From Actinomycetota bacterium (GTDB lineage Bacteria; Actinomycetota; Geothermincolia; Geothermincolales; RBG-13-55-18): 64,000 nt of DNA. The notes below the pieces were generated by a model. It did no database searches. It was not told the DNA's origin and saw nothing but the letters and a program-made list of their open reading frames with translations. Within the stretch, counting starts at the first letter, position 1, and each line of letters starts with the position of its first letter. Shown here piece by piece: positions 29,778 to 38,533 of the stretch. Made by a program: the position numbers and the translations under genes. The DNA is taken from positions 11,815 through 75,814 of the forward strand of contig MU158684.1 of assembly GCA_015711955.1 (NCBI GenBank), in the 5' to 3' direction.

Positions 29778-30968
29778 ATGATGGAGGAATACAAGGATCT
29801 CGACTACGAAGAGGTCAGGGACCTCATAAGAAGGGGGAGGGGAAGAGGCATCCTCACCCAGGACGAGATTGCGGAGCAGTTGCAGGGCTTGGACCTTTCC
29901 CCGGAGCAGATGGAGAGCCTTTACAGCCTCCTGGAGGAGAACAACATAGAGGTGTTGGAGGATCCCACTTTGGACAGCCTCCGCGACCTGGAGGAGCAGG
30001 GGGAAGAGGTACGGGACGACCTGATCGACCAGGAACTGGAGCTGGCGGGCAAGGCGGCCACCAACGACCCAGTGCGCATGTACCTGAAGGAGATAGGCAA
30101 GGTCCCCCTGCTCACGGCCCAGGAAGAGGTGGAGCTGGCCAAGAAGATCGAGGAAGGGGAGGAGGCCTCCAAGATCCTGCGGGAGAAGGGCGACCAGCTG
30201 CCTCGGGAAAAGGTGAGGGAGCTGCGGCGCAAGGAGAAAGAAGGCCAGGAGGCAAAGCGCAAGCTGGTGGAGGCCAATCTCCGCCTCGTGGTCTCTATCG
30301 CCAAGCGTTACGTGGGCCGGGGGATGCTTTTCTTGGACCTCATCCAGGAGGGAAACCTGGGACTGATCCGGGCGGTGGAGAAGTTCGACTTCCGCAAGGG
30401 ATACAAGTTCTCCACCTACGCCACCTGGTGGATCCGGCAGGCCATCACCAGGGCCATCGCCGACCAGGCCAGGACCATCCGCATCCCCGTGCACATGGTG
30501 GAGACCATAAACAAGCTGGTTAGGGTCCAGAGGCAGCTCCTGCAAGAGCTGGGTCGGGAACCCACCCCGGAGGAGATCGCCGAGCAGATGGAGATGACGC
30601 CGGAGAAGGTGCGAGAGATCATCAAGATATCCCAGGAGCCCGTCTCCCTGGAGACGCCCATCGGGGAGGAGGAGGATTCCCACCTGGGGGATTTCATCGA
30701 GGACGCGGACGCGGTGGTTCCCCTGGACGCCGCCTCTTTCATCCTCCTCCAGGAGCAGCTGGAAGAGGTGCTCAACTCGCTGAGCGAGAGGGAGAGGGAG
30801 GTCATCAAGCTCCGTTTCGGGCTGGTGGACGGGCACCCCCGCACCCTGGAGGAGGTGGGCAAGGCCTTCGGGGTGACCCGGGAGCGGATAAGGCAGATCG
30901 AGTCCAAGACCCTGGCCAAGCTGAGGCATCCCAGCCGCTCTGCCAAACTCAGGGATTACCTGGACTGA
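29778..30968 (+). CDS. rpoD: primary (housekeeping) RNA polymerase sigma factor
   Basis: [11 protein letters not shown], the rpoD box [27 protein letters not shown], and region 4 [20 protein letters not shown]. Confidence 0.95.
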   Translation: MMEEYKDLDYEEVRDLIRRGRGRGILTQDEIAEQLQGLDLSPEQMESLYSLLEENNIEVLEDPTLDSLRDLEEQGEEVRDDLIDQELELAGKAATNDPVRMYLKEIGKVPLLTAQEEVELAKKIEEGEEASKILREKGDQLPREKVRELRRKEKEGQEAKRKLVEANLRLVVSIAKRYVGRGMLFLDLIQEGNLGLIRAVEKFDFRKGYKFSTYATWWIRQAITRAIADQARTIRIPVHMVETINKLVRVQRQLLQELGREPTPEEIAEQMEMTPEKVREIIKISQEPVSLETPIGEEEDSHLGDFIEDADAVVPLDAASFILLQEQLEEVLNSLSEREREVIKLRFGLVDGHPRTLEEVGKAFGVTRERIRQIESKTLAKLRHPSRSAKLRDYLD

Positions 30969-31001
30969 AAGGGGCGAAGCACCAAAAAAGCAGGGTTAGA
31001 G

Positions 31002-31033
31002 AAGGGGGGTTCGAGGCCAAACCCCTCTTTTTT
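31002..31033 (+). terminator. rho-independent terminator after rpoD
   Basis: AAGGGGGGTT - loop - AACCCCTCTT followed by a run of T. Confidence 0.6.
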
Positions 31034-31112
31034 GTGGATCATGGTTGAGGGCCGTAACGGGTTTAGGCAGGAATCGGATATGGTCGATTCCGATCGCGAG
31101 AGGAGTCGGGAG

Positions 31113-31652
31113 ATGGAATGTCCTGCGTGTGGACGTGAGGCGGGAGATGGCGCTTCCTTCTGCTCCCAATGCGGTGCGCCTCTGGAAAGAGGGAAGACCT
31201 CGGAATGTGGTCCCGGGGATATAGGTGAGTCCTCGGCCTCTCGGTCCCCGAACCGGGCAGTGCCCGCTCCTCCCCAGGCTCCTGGCGGTCCACAGTCGCA
31301 GGCTGCCACTTCCCTCTTTCCCCCGCCTGCCTCTTCGCAGCCCTTCTATCAGTGGCAGGCACCCGTTCCGGGGCCGCTGCCCTATCCCCAGACCCTGCCC
31401 CGCACCGACGGTATGTGCGTGGCCGCCATGATCCTGGGAATCTTGGGCTCGGTTTTATTGTGGGTCCCCGTCTTGGCTTGGATTTTAGGCCTGCTGGGCA
31501 TCGTCTTCGGAGCCCTCGGAATGAAGTCGGTCAGGGATGACCCGGCGGGCCGGAGCGGGTACGGGATGGGGCTGGCAGGACTCATACTGGGCATCTTGAG
31601 CTTGGTGGGCGGGGTGATCTTGTTCATTGTGGCGGTCTCGCTCACATCTTGA
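31113..31652 (+). CDS. zinc-ribbon / Pro-rich linker / DUF4190-like double-TM membrane protein
   Basis: MECPACGREAGDGASFCSQCG zinc ribbon, then a Pro/Gln-rich linker, then two hydrophobic helices. The track start at 31032 overlaps the rpoD terminator, so I prefer the ATG at 31113 (AGGAG upstream). Confidence 0.6.
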   Translation: MECPACGREAGDGASFCSQCGAPLERGKTSECGPGDIGESSASRSPNRAVPAPPQAPGGPQSQAATSLFPPPASSQPFYQWQAPVPGPLPYPQTLPRTDGMCVAAMILGILGSVLLWVPVLAWILGLLGIVFGALGMKSVRDDPAGRSGYGMGLAGLILGILSLVGGVILFIVAVSLTS

Positions 31653-31734
31653 GCTTCTCGCACTCATCCAACTGACAAGGTGAGTGGGAAAGAGCACTTT
31701 ACACAGCCTCGCGATAGCCTCGAGCCTCGTGTTT

Positions 31735-32670
31735 TCACCATCCTTCCAGAAATCCCCCCTCCCTCAGGTAGGCGTACGCGGATAGGGCGGCCTTGGCCCC
31801 CTCCCCGGCGGCGATGATGATCTGCTTCTCCTGGACGTCGGTGACGTCACCGGCTGCGAAGATGCCGGGTACGCTGGTGCGGTTGTTGGAGTCCACCATC
31901 ACCTCGCCTTTGTGGTTCAACTTCACTTCGGGGGGGAGGAAGTCAGTGCTGGGGATGCTCCCTATCTCCACGAAGACCCCCTCCACCGGAAGGCTCTGCG
32001 CCTTTCCGTCGACCTCGAAATCGATGGCCTTCACGAACCTGTCGCCCCGGATGGCGCGGATCTGGGCCCGGTAATAGACCTTGATCCGACCGTGCCCGAG
32101 GACGGCCTGGCGCCGTACCTCGTCCCCTCCCAACCTGTCCTCTATGGTCATGAGGTGTACCTCCGTGGCCAGTTCTCCCAGCTGGAGGGCGGCGTCCAGG
32201 GCGGAGTTCCCGCCCCCCACCACCGCCACCCGCTTGCCCCGGAACAAGGGAGCGTCGCAGGTGGCGCAGTAGGCCACGCCCCTTCCCCGGAACTCCCTCT
32301 CGCCCGGGACCCCCAGCGGCCTGGGGACCTTTCCGGTGGCCACTATCACGGCCGGTGCCAGGTGTTCCCCCATCGAGTGGGCCACGCCGATGAGCTGTTC
32401 CGATCTCCTTACGGAAGTCACCCGGGATCCTTCCAGGAGATCCACGTCGAAGGTCTCCAGATGGGCCCGGAACCTCTCCACCAGTTCCGCCCCGGTGATC
32501 AGCTGGTAGCCCAGGTAGTTCTCCACCTCCCAGGACCAGGCGGCCTGTCCTCCTACGTTCTCCGAGATGACCAGGGTGCGCAGCATCTTCCTGGCGCAGT
32601 ATACGCCCGCCGATAGGCCAGCGGGTCCGGCGCCTATGATAATCACGTCCGCGTGGGGCTGTTTTTCCAT
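31735..32670 (-). CDS. trxB: thioredoxin-disulfide reductase-like flavoprotein
   Basis: VIIIGAGPAGLSAG FAD motif, redox-active CATCD, a second GGGNSALD dinucleotide motif, and GIFAAGD. Confidence 0.85.
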   Translation of the reverse strand: MEKQPHADVIIIGAGPAGLSAGVYCARKMLRTLVISENVGGQAAWSWEVENYLGYQLITGAELVERFRAHLETFDVDLLEGSRVTSVRRSEQLIGVAHSMGEHLAPAVIVATGKVPRPLGVPGEREFRGRGVAYCATCDAPLFRGKRVAVVGGGNSALDAALQLGELATEVHLMTIEDRLGGDEVRRQAVLGHGRIKVYYRAQIRAIRGDRFVKAIDFEVDGKAQSLPVEGVFVEIGSIPSTDFLPPEVKLNHKGEVMVDSNNRTSVPGIFAAGDVTDVQEKQIIIAAGEGAKAALSAYAYLREGGFLEGW

Positions 32671-32724
32671 TTTGCAGCTTGGTACGGCCCTTGATCCACG
32701 CCCGCCAGCAGCGCAGGGTCTAGA

Positions 32725-34614
32725 TCACTGATCCCCCCGCCACTGCTCAGCCGCCGCCGGGGTCTCCAAGTCCCGTTTTTCTTCCCTCAGGGAGGCAAGG
32801 AGACGGCGGAACTCCTCTCCCTCCAGCGTCTCCTTTTCCAAGAGTACCTCGGTGATCCTCTCCAAAGCGTCCCGGTTCTCCTGGAGCAACTTCTTCACCC
32901 GCTCGTAGTTCTCCAGGACGATCCTTTTGACCTCGGCGTCCACCAGCTGGGCAGTGGCCTCGCTGTAGTTGGCCTCCTTGCCGTAGGAGTACTCGCCCAT
33001 GAGCAGCCTTGCCGCCCTCTCCCAGCCCAGGGAGAGAGGTCCCACCCGATCGCTCATCCCGTAGTCCTCCACCATTTTGCGGGCCAGGATGGTGGCCTTC
33101 TCCAGGTCGTTCTGGGCCCCGGTGGACACCTCCCCGAAAAAGACCTCCTCGGCGGCCCTCCCTCCCAATAGGACCGCCAGTCGGTCCTCCAGCTCCCTCC
33201 TGGTCAGGATGTAGCGGTCCTCCTCCGGTAACTGCATGGTCATGCCCAGGGAGCCGATACCGCGCGGGATTACGGTGATCCGGTGCACCGGGTCCGCGTT
33301 CTCCAGCAGGGAGGCGGTCAGGGCGTGGCCCACCTCGTGCACCGCCACCACCCGCCTCTCCTTTTCGCTCATAACCCGGCTCTTGAGCTCCAGGCCGCCG
33401 ATGACCCGGTCGATGGCTTGCTCGAAGTCCTCCATGTCCACTCGACTCTTCCCCTTGCGGGCGGCCAGCAGGGCGGCTTCGTTGACCACGTTGGCCAGTT
33501 CCGCCCCAGCGAAACCGGGAGTGCGGGCGGCGATGACCTTGAGGTCCACGTCAGGAGCCAGTTTCACCCGTCGGGCGTGCACTTTGAGGATCTCCTCCCG
33601 GCCCTTGATGTCCGGCCGGTCTATCATTATCTGCCGGTCGAAGCGTCCCGGGCGCAGGATGGCCTTGTCCAGCACTTCGGGGCGGTTGGTGGCGGCCAAG
33701 ATGATCACCCCCGTCTGGGGGTCGAATCCGTCCATCTCCGAGAGCAGCTGGTTTAGGGTCTGTTCCCTTTCCTCCACACCTCCGCTGGCGATGATGCCCC
33801 CTCGCACCTTGGCTATGGTGTCTATCTCGTCGATGAAGACTATGCAGGGCGCCTTGGCCTTGGCCTGTTCGAATAGGTCGCGCACCCTGGCCGCTCCCAC
33901 CCCCACGAACATCTCCATGAACTGGGACCCGCTGATGGAAAAGAAAGGCACGTCCGCTTCCCCCGCGACCGCTCGGGCGAGCAGGGTCTTCCCGGTGCCG
34001 GGTGGCCCCACCAGCAGCACCCCTTTGGGTATGCGTGCCCCGATCTTCCTGTATTTGTCGGGATGGCGGAGGAAATCGATGATTTCCTTTAGCTCCTCTT
34101 TGGCCTCGTCCAGACCGGCGACGTCGTCGAACGTGACCCGGTCCTTGCTGCGGTCATAGATCTTCACTTTGGACTGCCCGAAGGATAGGGGGCTGCTGCC
34201 GCCGACCCTACGGGAAAGCCTGCGGAATATGAGGAGCCAAACCAGGACCAGTATGCCGATGGGTATCAACCATGAGTAGAGTAGATCCCGCCAGAAGGTG
34301 TTCTCCACCTTGCCGGAGAACTGCACTCCCTTTTCTTCCATCTTTTGGATGAGGCCCTCGATGTCAGAGTTGGGGATGCGGGTGGTGACGAAGTTCCTCT
34401 CGGTGCCGTCGTCCCCCGTTCGCATCACCCCCTCTATCCTGCTTTCGGTGATGACGGCTTTCACCACCTCGCCGGCCTCCAGGCGGGCGAGAAAGTCGCT
34501 GTAGCTGATCTCCGCGGGGCGGAAAGGATGGGCCAGTTGCAGGGAGAGTAGAAAGGCCACGGCGATGGCCCCGTAGACCAGATAGAGCAGGGTTTTCCTT
34601 CTCTTTTCGTCCAT
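32725..34614 (-). CDS. ftsH: ATP-dependent zinc metalloprotease FtsH
   Basis: [17 protein letters not shown] Walker A, DEID, the SRH block, and the HEVGHAL zinc site. Confidence 0.95.
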   Translation of the reverse strand: MDEKRRKTLLYLVYGAIAVAFLLSLQLAHPFRPAEISYSDFLARLEAGEVVKAVITESRIEGVMRTGDDGTERNFVTTRIPNSDIEGLIQKMEEKGVQFSGKVENTFWRDLLYSWLIPIGILVLVWLLIFRRLSRRVGGSSPLSFGQSKVKIYDRSKDRVTFDDVAGLDEAKEELKEIIDFLRHPDKYRKIGARIPKGVLLVGPPGTGKTLLARAVAGEADVPFFSISGSQFMEMFVGVGAARVRDLFEQAKAKAPCIVFIDEIDTIAKVRGGIIASGGVEEREQTLNQLLSEMDGFDPQTGVIILAATNRPEVLDKAILRPGRFDRQIMIDRPDIKGREEILKVHARRVKLAPDVDLKVIAARTPGFAGAELANVVNEAALLAARKGKSRVDMEDFEQAIDRVIGGLELKSRVMSEKERRVVAVHEVGHALTASLLENADPVHRITVIPRGIGSLGMTMQLPEEDRYILTRRELEDRLAVLLGGRAAEEVFFGEVSTGAQNDLEKATILARKMVEDYGMSDRVGPLSLGWERAARLLMGEYSYGKEANYSEATAQLVDAEVKRIVLENYERVKKLLQENRDALERITEVLLEKETLEGEEFRRLLASLREEKRDLETPAAAEQWRGDQ

Positions 34615-35064
34615 AAGGCTATTATAGCGGTGCCAGAGGTGGGAGGCTTGACCTATGTCGAGCCGGGGGGTTCCTTTCGTAACCTCGCGGGAACCTCATC
34701 CCATTTTTAAAGGTTAACCCATAGCCTGGACGGGACCGGCGGGGTCCGGAAGGGGCTTTGTCTTCGAGGCTCCACCGTTCTTAGCCCCACGGAGATGGGA
34801 ACATATCTCGGCCTGGGTCCACGCTGCGGAGGGATAAGCCAAGGCCGAGCCGATCGTCAGGGCGATGAGGCCCGGCAAAAAGCCCATGCCATGCGCCCGC
34901 CGAGCGTGACCATGATAAGATGTATTTCCATCCTCCTAAACCCCCGTTTCCTAGCTGGCTGGCAAGCCTGTGCGTTTACTGACCTCCTGAAAAAACGCGA
35001 TGAGATGGCGGCCTTCGCCACTGTTGCCGTAAAGCTCCCGGCTCTTCTCGAGAAGGGTCCCCTG

Positions 35065-35170
35065 CCAGGGGCTTTGAACGCGCGTTCCGGGTTTATCCTT
35101 CGGGCCGGGAATTTTTTACCTACACCTCGTCCCCTCCCAGAGGCCTTGAACGTGCGTTTCGGGTTTATCC
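35065..35170. repeat. two 34-bp direct repeats (30/34 identical) spaced 72 bp apart, upstream of the EncFtn-like/peroxiredoxin genes
   Basis: 35065-35098 is CCAGGGGCTTTGAACGCGCGTTCCGGGTTTATCC. 35137-35170 is CCAGAGGCCTTGAACGTGCGTTTCGGGTTTATCC. Copy 1 contains the perfect palindrome GAACGCGCGTTC (35076-35087). Confidence 0.8.
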
Positions 35171-35271
35171 GCATGCCTTACCGGGAATATCTAAATAGGC
35201 GTATCCCGAGGGCGTGGCTCACGAGGTCCTTGGACTCAAGGCTGGGACGCGAGCGAGGAAAGGAGGTAAGT

Positions 35272-35553
35272 ATGCTCTCGCAAATTCCCTTCGAATTGAG
35301 CAAGCTCAGCGGCGATGACCTGGATCGGGAGATCTTGCGCGTGGCCATCATAGCCGAGCTGGACGCCATAAACCTCTACGAGCAGCTAGCCTCCATGACC
35401 GATAACAAGCTGATGAAGAAGGTTTTCCTGGACGTGGCGCGCGAGGAGAAGACCCACGTGGGCGAGTTCCAGGCCCTTCTTTTGATGCGGGACGAGGAAC
35501 AGGTCAAGGAGCTCGAGGAAGGCAAGGAAGAAGTGGAAGAGCTCAAAGACTGA
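35272..35553 (+). CDS. EncFtn-like / ferritin-like (half-ferritin) protein, no encapsulin shell gene nearby
   Basis: [11 protein letters not shown]...[11 protein letters not shown] matches the E-x-x-A-I/V-x-x-Y and EEKxH iron-site pattern of encapsulated-ferritin-type proteins. ATG 35272 follows AGGAGG. The long upstream part of track ORF 34795.. looks non-coding. Confidence 0.6.
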   Translation: MLSQIPFELSKLSGDDLDREILRVAIIAELDAINLYEQLASMTDNKLMKKVFLDVAREEKTHVGEFQALLLMRDEEQVKELEEGKEEVEELKD

Positions 35554-35791
35554 GACCGATACGCGTCGAGAAGAGCGGAATGGATTGAATAACCGCGTCC
35601 GATTCGAGCAAGGGGCACAACAGGCGTTCAGAAATGACCAGTTTCCACGGCGAGGAGGAGGTGATGGAATGGGTGCTCAGGGAAAGCCCGAGGACAAATG
35701 CGTCACTCCGGCCAAAGGGCCGATATTGCCTGAGGAGTCCGATGCTCTCGCGTCGGATGCCGCCCGAAAGATCGGCGCTGAGGAGGTGGGC

Positions 35792-36400
35792 ATGAAAGTG
35801 TTGGCCAAGGTGGGAGGAAAGGCACCGGACTTCGAGGCCAGTGCCTACTTGGACGGGGGCTTCAGGAACATAAGGCTTTCCGATTACCGGGGAAAGTGGG
35901 TGGTCCTCTGTTTTTACCCCGGTGATTTCACCTTCGTATGACCGACCGAGCTGGCGGCGGTCGCCGCCAGGTATGGGGAGCTGAAAGAGCTCGGGGTGGA
36001 GGTGCTGGCCATCAGTGTGGACAGCCGCTTCAGTCACAAGATCTGGCAGGAAGTGGAGCTTTCCAAGATGGTGGAGGGAGGGGTGCCCTTCCCCCTGCTG
36101 AGCGACCCGGGAGGAAAGATAGGGCAGGTCTACGGGGTATACGACGAGGAATCCGGCGTCAACATCCGCGGGAGGTTCCTCATCGACCCCGAGGGCGTCA
36201 TCCAGGCCATGGAGGTGCTCACTCCTCCAGTGGGCCGCAACGTGAGCGAGCTCATCCGGCAGGTGAAGGCCTACCAGCACGTGGCGGCCACTGGCGAGGT
36301 GACCCCCTCCGGATGGCAGCCTGGTAAGCCCACCCTGAAGCCTGGCCCCGATCTGGTGGGCAGGGTCTGGGAGGTCTGGAAGCCGGAGTACGCCTCCTGA
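35792..36400 (+). CDS. selenocysteine-containing peroxiredoxin (AhpC/Prx1-type; in-frame TGA at 35939-35941 replaces the peroxidatic Cys)
   Basis: Track ORFs 35585..35941 and 35996..36400 are in the same frame and are separated only by TGA. Read-through gives ...[23 protein letters not shown]...[13 protein letters not shown], the universal DFTFVCPTE active-site block with U in place of C. ATG 35792 follows AGGAGG. A SECIS-like hairpin follows the TGA. Confidence 0.85.
35951..35970 (+). promoter_or_regulatory. bacterial SECIS-like hairpin (8-bp GC stem, GGUC apical loop) starting 9 nt after the UGA
   Basis: CTGGCGGC-GGTC-GCCGCCAG. As I recall the E. coli fdhF SECIS, it has the same loop sequence and nearly the same UGA-to-loop distance. 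Confidence 0.7.
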
Positions 36401-36431
36401 AATAGGACAACGGGACAAGGGAATCTCCGAG

Positions 36432-36463
36432 AACCGGGAACCGCTGGTTCCCGGTTTATTATT
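36432..36463 (+). terminator. rho-independent terminator after the peroxiredoxin gene
   Basis: AACCGGGAACC - GCT - GGTTCCCGGTT, an 11-bp perfect stem followed by TATTATT. Confidence 0.65.
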
Positions 36464-36617
36464 CGGCCACCCCTCGACCTGCCGGGATGTTGATGGACCT
36501 TACCTGCGGAACCACCTTATTTGGCTCGGGACGGGGATTAGGCGAGGGCTTGGGACGTCTGGGGGTGCCAGGCAAACGGGAAGCGATAGAAAGCAACCCT
36601 GTTTTTTGACGAGCCAA

Positions 36618-36647
36618 GAGGAAGGCCCCTTTCTCGGGGCCTTCCTC
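36618..36647. other. perfect 12-bp stem-loop in the convergent gap between the peroxiredoxin and desulfoferrodoxin genes (weak terminator candidate)
   Basis: GAGGAAGGCCCC-TTTCTC-GGGGCCTTCCTC. No clean U-tract on either strand. Confidence 0.35.
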
Positions 36648-36769
36648 GGACCTTCCGTGATCTTCCATCCCCCTGGTTGCCGCGTCCCCACTCCGCAGCG
36701 GCAAGGCCGTTCTGGCCCTGCGTCAAGGAAGGTGCGGCACCAAGATGGGGCGACTTCGCCCAATGGTGT

Positions 36770-37147
36770 TCAGGATGACTTCCACAATCCATGCAGGTTG
36801 CAGTACTCCCGGGCGGTTATCCCGTCGGTGGGTACGGTGAAGTCGCCTCGGGGGTCGATGCCTGGTTTGAGGAAGATACGGTAGCTCTTGTCCCCGGCGA
36901 TGATCTGGACCCACTCTATGTAGTGTTCCTCGGTCATGGGATGGGCCACCTCGCCCACTTTGACCATGACCCCCTCGGGGGTGACTTCCACCACCGGGAC
37001 GTGTTTCTCCACCGCCGCGTCCACGGTGTTCTCCACCTGGAGCGCCATGGGCTCTCCGCAGCAAACCAGCTCTCCCTGGCCTTCGTGGAGCACTTCCACT
37101 ATGTTTCCACATACCTCGCACTTGTAGATCTGGAGCCTCTCGGTCAT
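36770..37147 (-). CDS. dfx: desulfoferrodoxin (2Fe superoxide reductase)
   Basis: N-terminal desulforedoxin site YKCEVCGNIVEV...LVCCGEPM. C-terminal SOR site (HVPVV..., HPMTEEHYIEW, CNLHGLW). Confidence 0.9.
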   Translation of the reverse strand: MTERLQIYKCEVCGNIVEVLHEGQGELVCCGEPMALQVENTVDAAVEKHVPVVEVTPEGVMVKVGEVAHPMTEEHYIEWVQIIAGDKSYRIFLKPGIDPRGDFTVPTDGITAREYCNLHGLWKSS

Positions 37148-37166
37148 CTCACCTTCCCCCTCGTCA

Positions 37167-37676
37167 CTAGAACTCCACGAACTTATCCTTGGACGCCCCG
37201 CAAATGGGGCACTTCTCCGGCGCTTCTCCTTCCCGTGTATGTCCGCAGACGCTGCAAATCTGTATCTTGCCGATGGAGATGTCGGACCCTCTTTCCACCG
37301 CCTCCTTGGCCTTCTTGTACCAGTCGGCGTGGATCTTCTCGGCCTCCAAGGCGTAATGGGTGCTTCTCACCGCGTCCTTTTCGTCCTGGAACTTGGCCGC
37401 CTCGTGGAAGACGGGATACATCTCCTCTATCTCGTAGGTCTCGCCCTCGATGCAGCTCTGGATGTTGTCCGCAGAGGATCGGATACCGCCCAGCACTTCG
37501 AGATGGTTTCCCGCGTGGACCAGCTCCGCGTAGGCGATGGCCCGGAACATGCGGGCAAGTTCCCTGAGACCTTCCTCATCGGCCTTGCGGGCGAAGTGCA
37601 TATATTTCATGTGGGCCATGCTCTCACCGGCGAAGGCCTCGTTGAGGAATTTCTCCGTCATCTTCCTCATGCTCAT
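37167..37676 (-). CDS. rbr: rubrerythrin
   Basis: Diiron four-helix motifs ([34 protein letters not shown]) plus a C-terminal rubredoxin CSVCGH...CPICG. Confidence 0.9.
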   Translation of the reverse strand: MSMRKMTEKFLNEAFAGESMAHMKYMHFARKADEEGLRELARMFRAIAYAELVHAGNHLEVLGGIRSSADNIQSCIEGETYEIEEMYPVFHEAAKFQDEKDAVRSTHYALEAEKIHADWYKKAKEAVERGSDISIGKIQICSVCGHTREGEAPEKCPICGASKDKFVEF

Positions 37677-37725
37677 CCCTCCTTGTCCACAGTCCCAATC
37701 TGATCTCGTCCTTTACACGATCATA

Positions 37726-37737
37726 GGAAATATTTCC
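37726..37737. promoter_or_regulatory. perfect 12-bp palindrome GGAAATATTTCC about 50 nt upstream of rubrerythrin (operator candidate)
   Basis: Read directly from the sequence. On the minus strand it is immediately followed by TATGAT, a possible -10 element. Confidence 0.4.
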
Positions 37738-37839
37738 GTCTTCCCGTCTCAATAAACCGGGCGTGTGATGGGTGAGGTTGATCTATGTCATGGCAGATGG
37801 TGAGGAACTCGAGCGCCACGGTATTGCCCGCAAGGACGT

Positions 37840-38472
37840 TCAGCCCACCCGTTTTCCCAACAGGGCCCTGACCGGAGAGGCCTCCGCTCCCACAAGCCTG
37901 AGCGGCAGACATAGGAGTAGGTATTTCCCCGGTGTCACCCCTCTCAAGTCGAGGCCCTCCAGGATCCATATACCGGCCTCGGCGAGGATCCTGTGAACTT
38001 CCCCGTCCCCGTCCCAGGGTTCCACCGACAGGTAGTCGATGCCCACCAAGGCAATGCTACGGTCGGCAAGGAAGCGAGCAGCTTCGCAGGTGAGCGCGAC
38101 ATAGTCCTGGCGGAATTCCTCGGTTTCATAAAAACGGGAATTCATCGTCTTGAAGAGGATCCTATCCCCCTCGGACGGATCTACGCGACGAATGTCCTCC
38201 AACCCGATATGGTCACGGCCCATGTACTCCACCACTCTGGCCGAACCCAGGACGGCCTGTGGGGGAAGGTCATCAACCGATCTCCCCCCCGGCAGGCAGT
38301 GGAGGGGAGCGTCCATGTGGGTGCCGCAATGGAGGCTCATGGAAACCGAGGAGACCCTGTAATTCCCCTCCTGGCACGTCCTTACGGTGAGGCGGAAGGG
38401 CTCGTCCCCCGGCCATAGGGGAAGCCCCCCTGAAAGGGGCAGGCTCACGTCAATCCACCGATATCCCTCCAT
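37840..38472 (-). CDS. cyclase-family protein (arylformamidase/kynurenine formamidase-like)
   Basis: HCGTHMDAPLH metal-binding block and the C-terminal ...EGLDL... block typical of the putative cyclase family. Confidence 0.8.
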   Translation of the reverse strand: MEGYRWIDVSLPLSGGLPLWPGDEPFRLTVRTCQEGNYRVSSVSMSLHCGTHMDAPLHCLPGGRSVDDLPPQAVLGSARVVEYMGRDHIGLEDIRRVDPSEGDRILFKTMNSRFYETEEFRQDYVALTCEAARFLADRSIALVGIDYLSVEPWDGDGEVHRILAEAGIWILEGLDLRGVTPGKYLLLCLPLRLVGAEASPVRALLGKRVG

Positions 38473-38533
38473 CGATATCGTCCTCCCCTCCTTGGAGCGC
38501 TGGGAACGAACGACGGGTGGCCCTCCTCACAGT

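Noticed and set aside
34714-34887. Unlisted 57-codon minus-strand ORF (MGFLPGLIALTIGSALAYPSAAW...) with one hydrophobic helix, in the long ftsH / EncFtn intergenic region.
   Set aside because: No Shine-Dalgarno sequence before the ATG, and the C-terminal half is low-complexity (Pro/Gly/Ala/Lys). Too weak to call without conservation or expression data.
34795-35271. N-terminal 159 codons of track ORF 34795..35553.
   Set aside because: This part contains the 34-bp direct repeats and reads as Arg/Pro/Gly-rich junk. A strong AGGAGG plus ATG at 35272 begins the recognisable ferritin-like domain.
35585-35791. N-terminal extension of the peroxiredoxin ORF.
   Set aside because: No Prx homology is expected there. 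AGGAGG plus ATG at 35792 gives the canonical [14 protein letters not shown] start.
35272-36400. A complete encapsulin nanocompartment system.
   Set aside because: No HK97-fold shell-sized ORF is adjacent or anywhere in the window, and there is no obvious cargo-targeting peptide. Only the ferritin-like cargo homologue is present.
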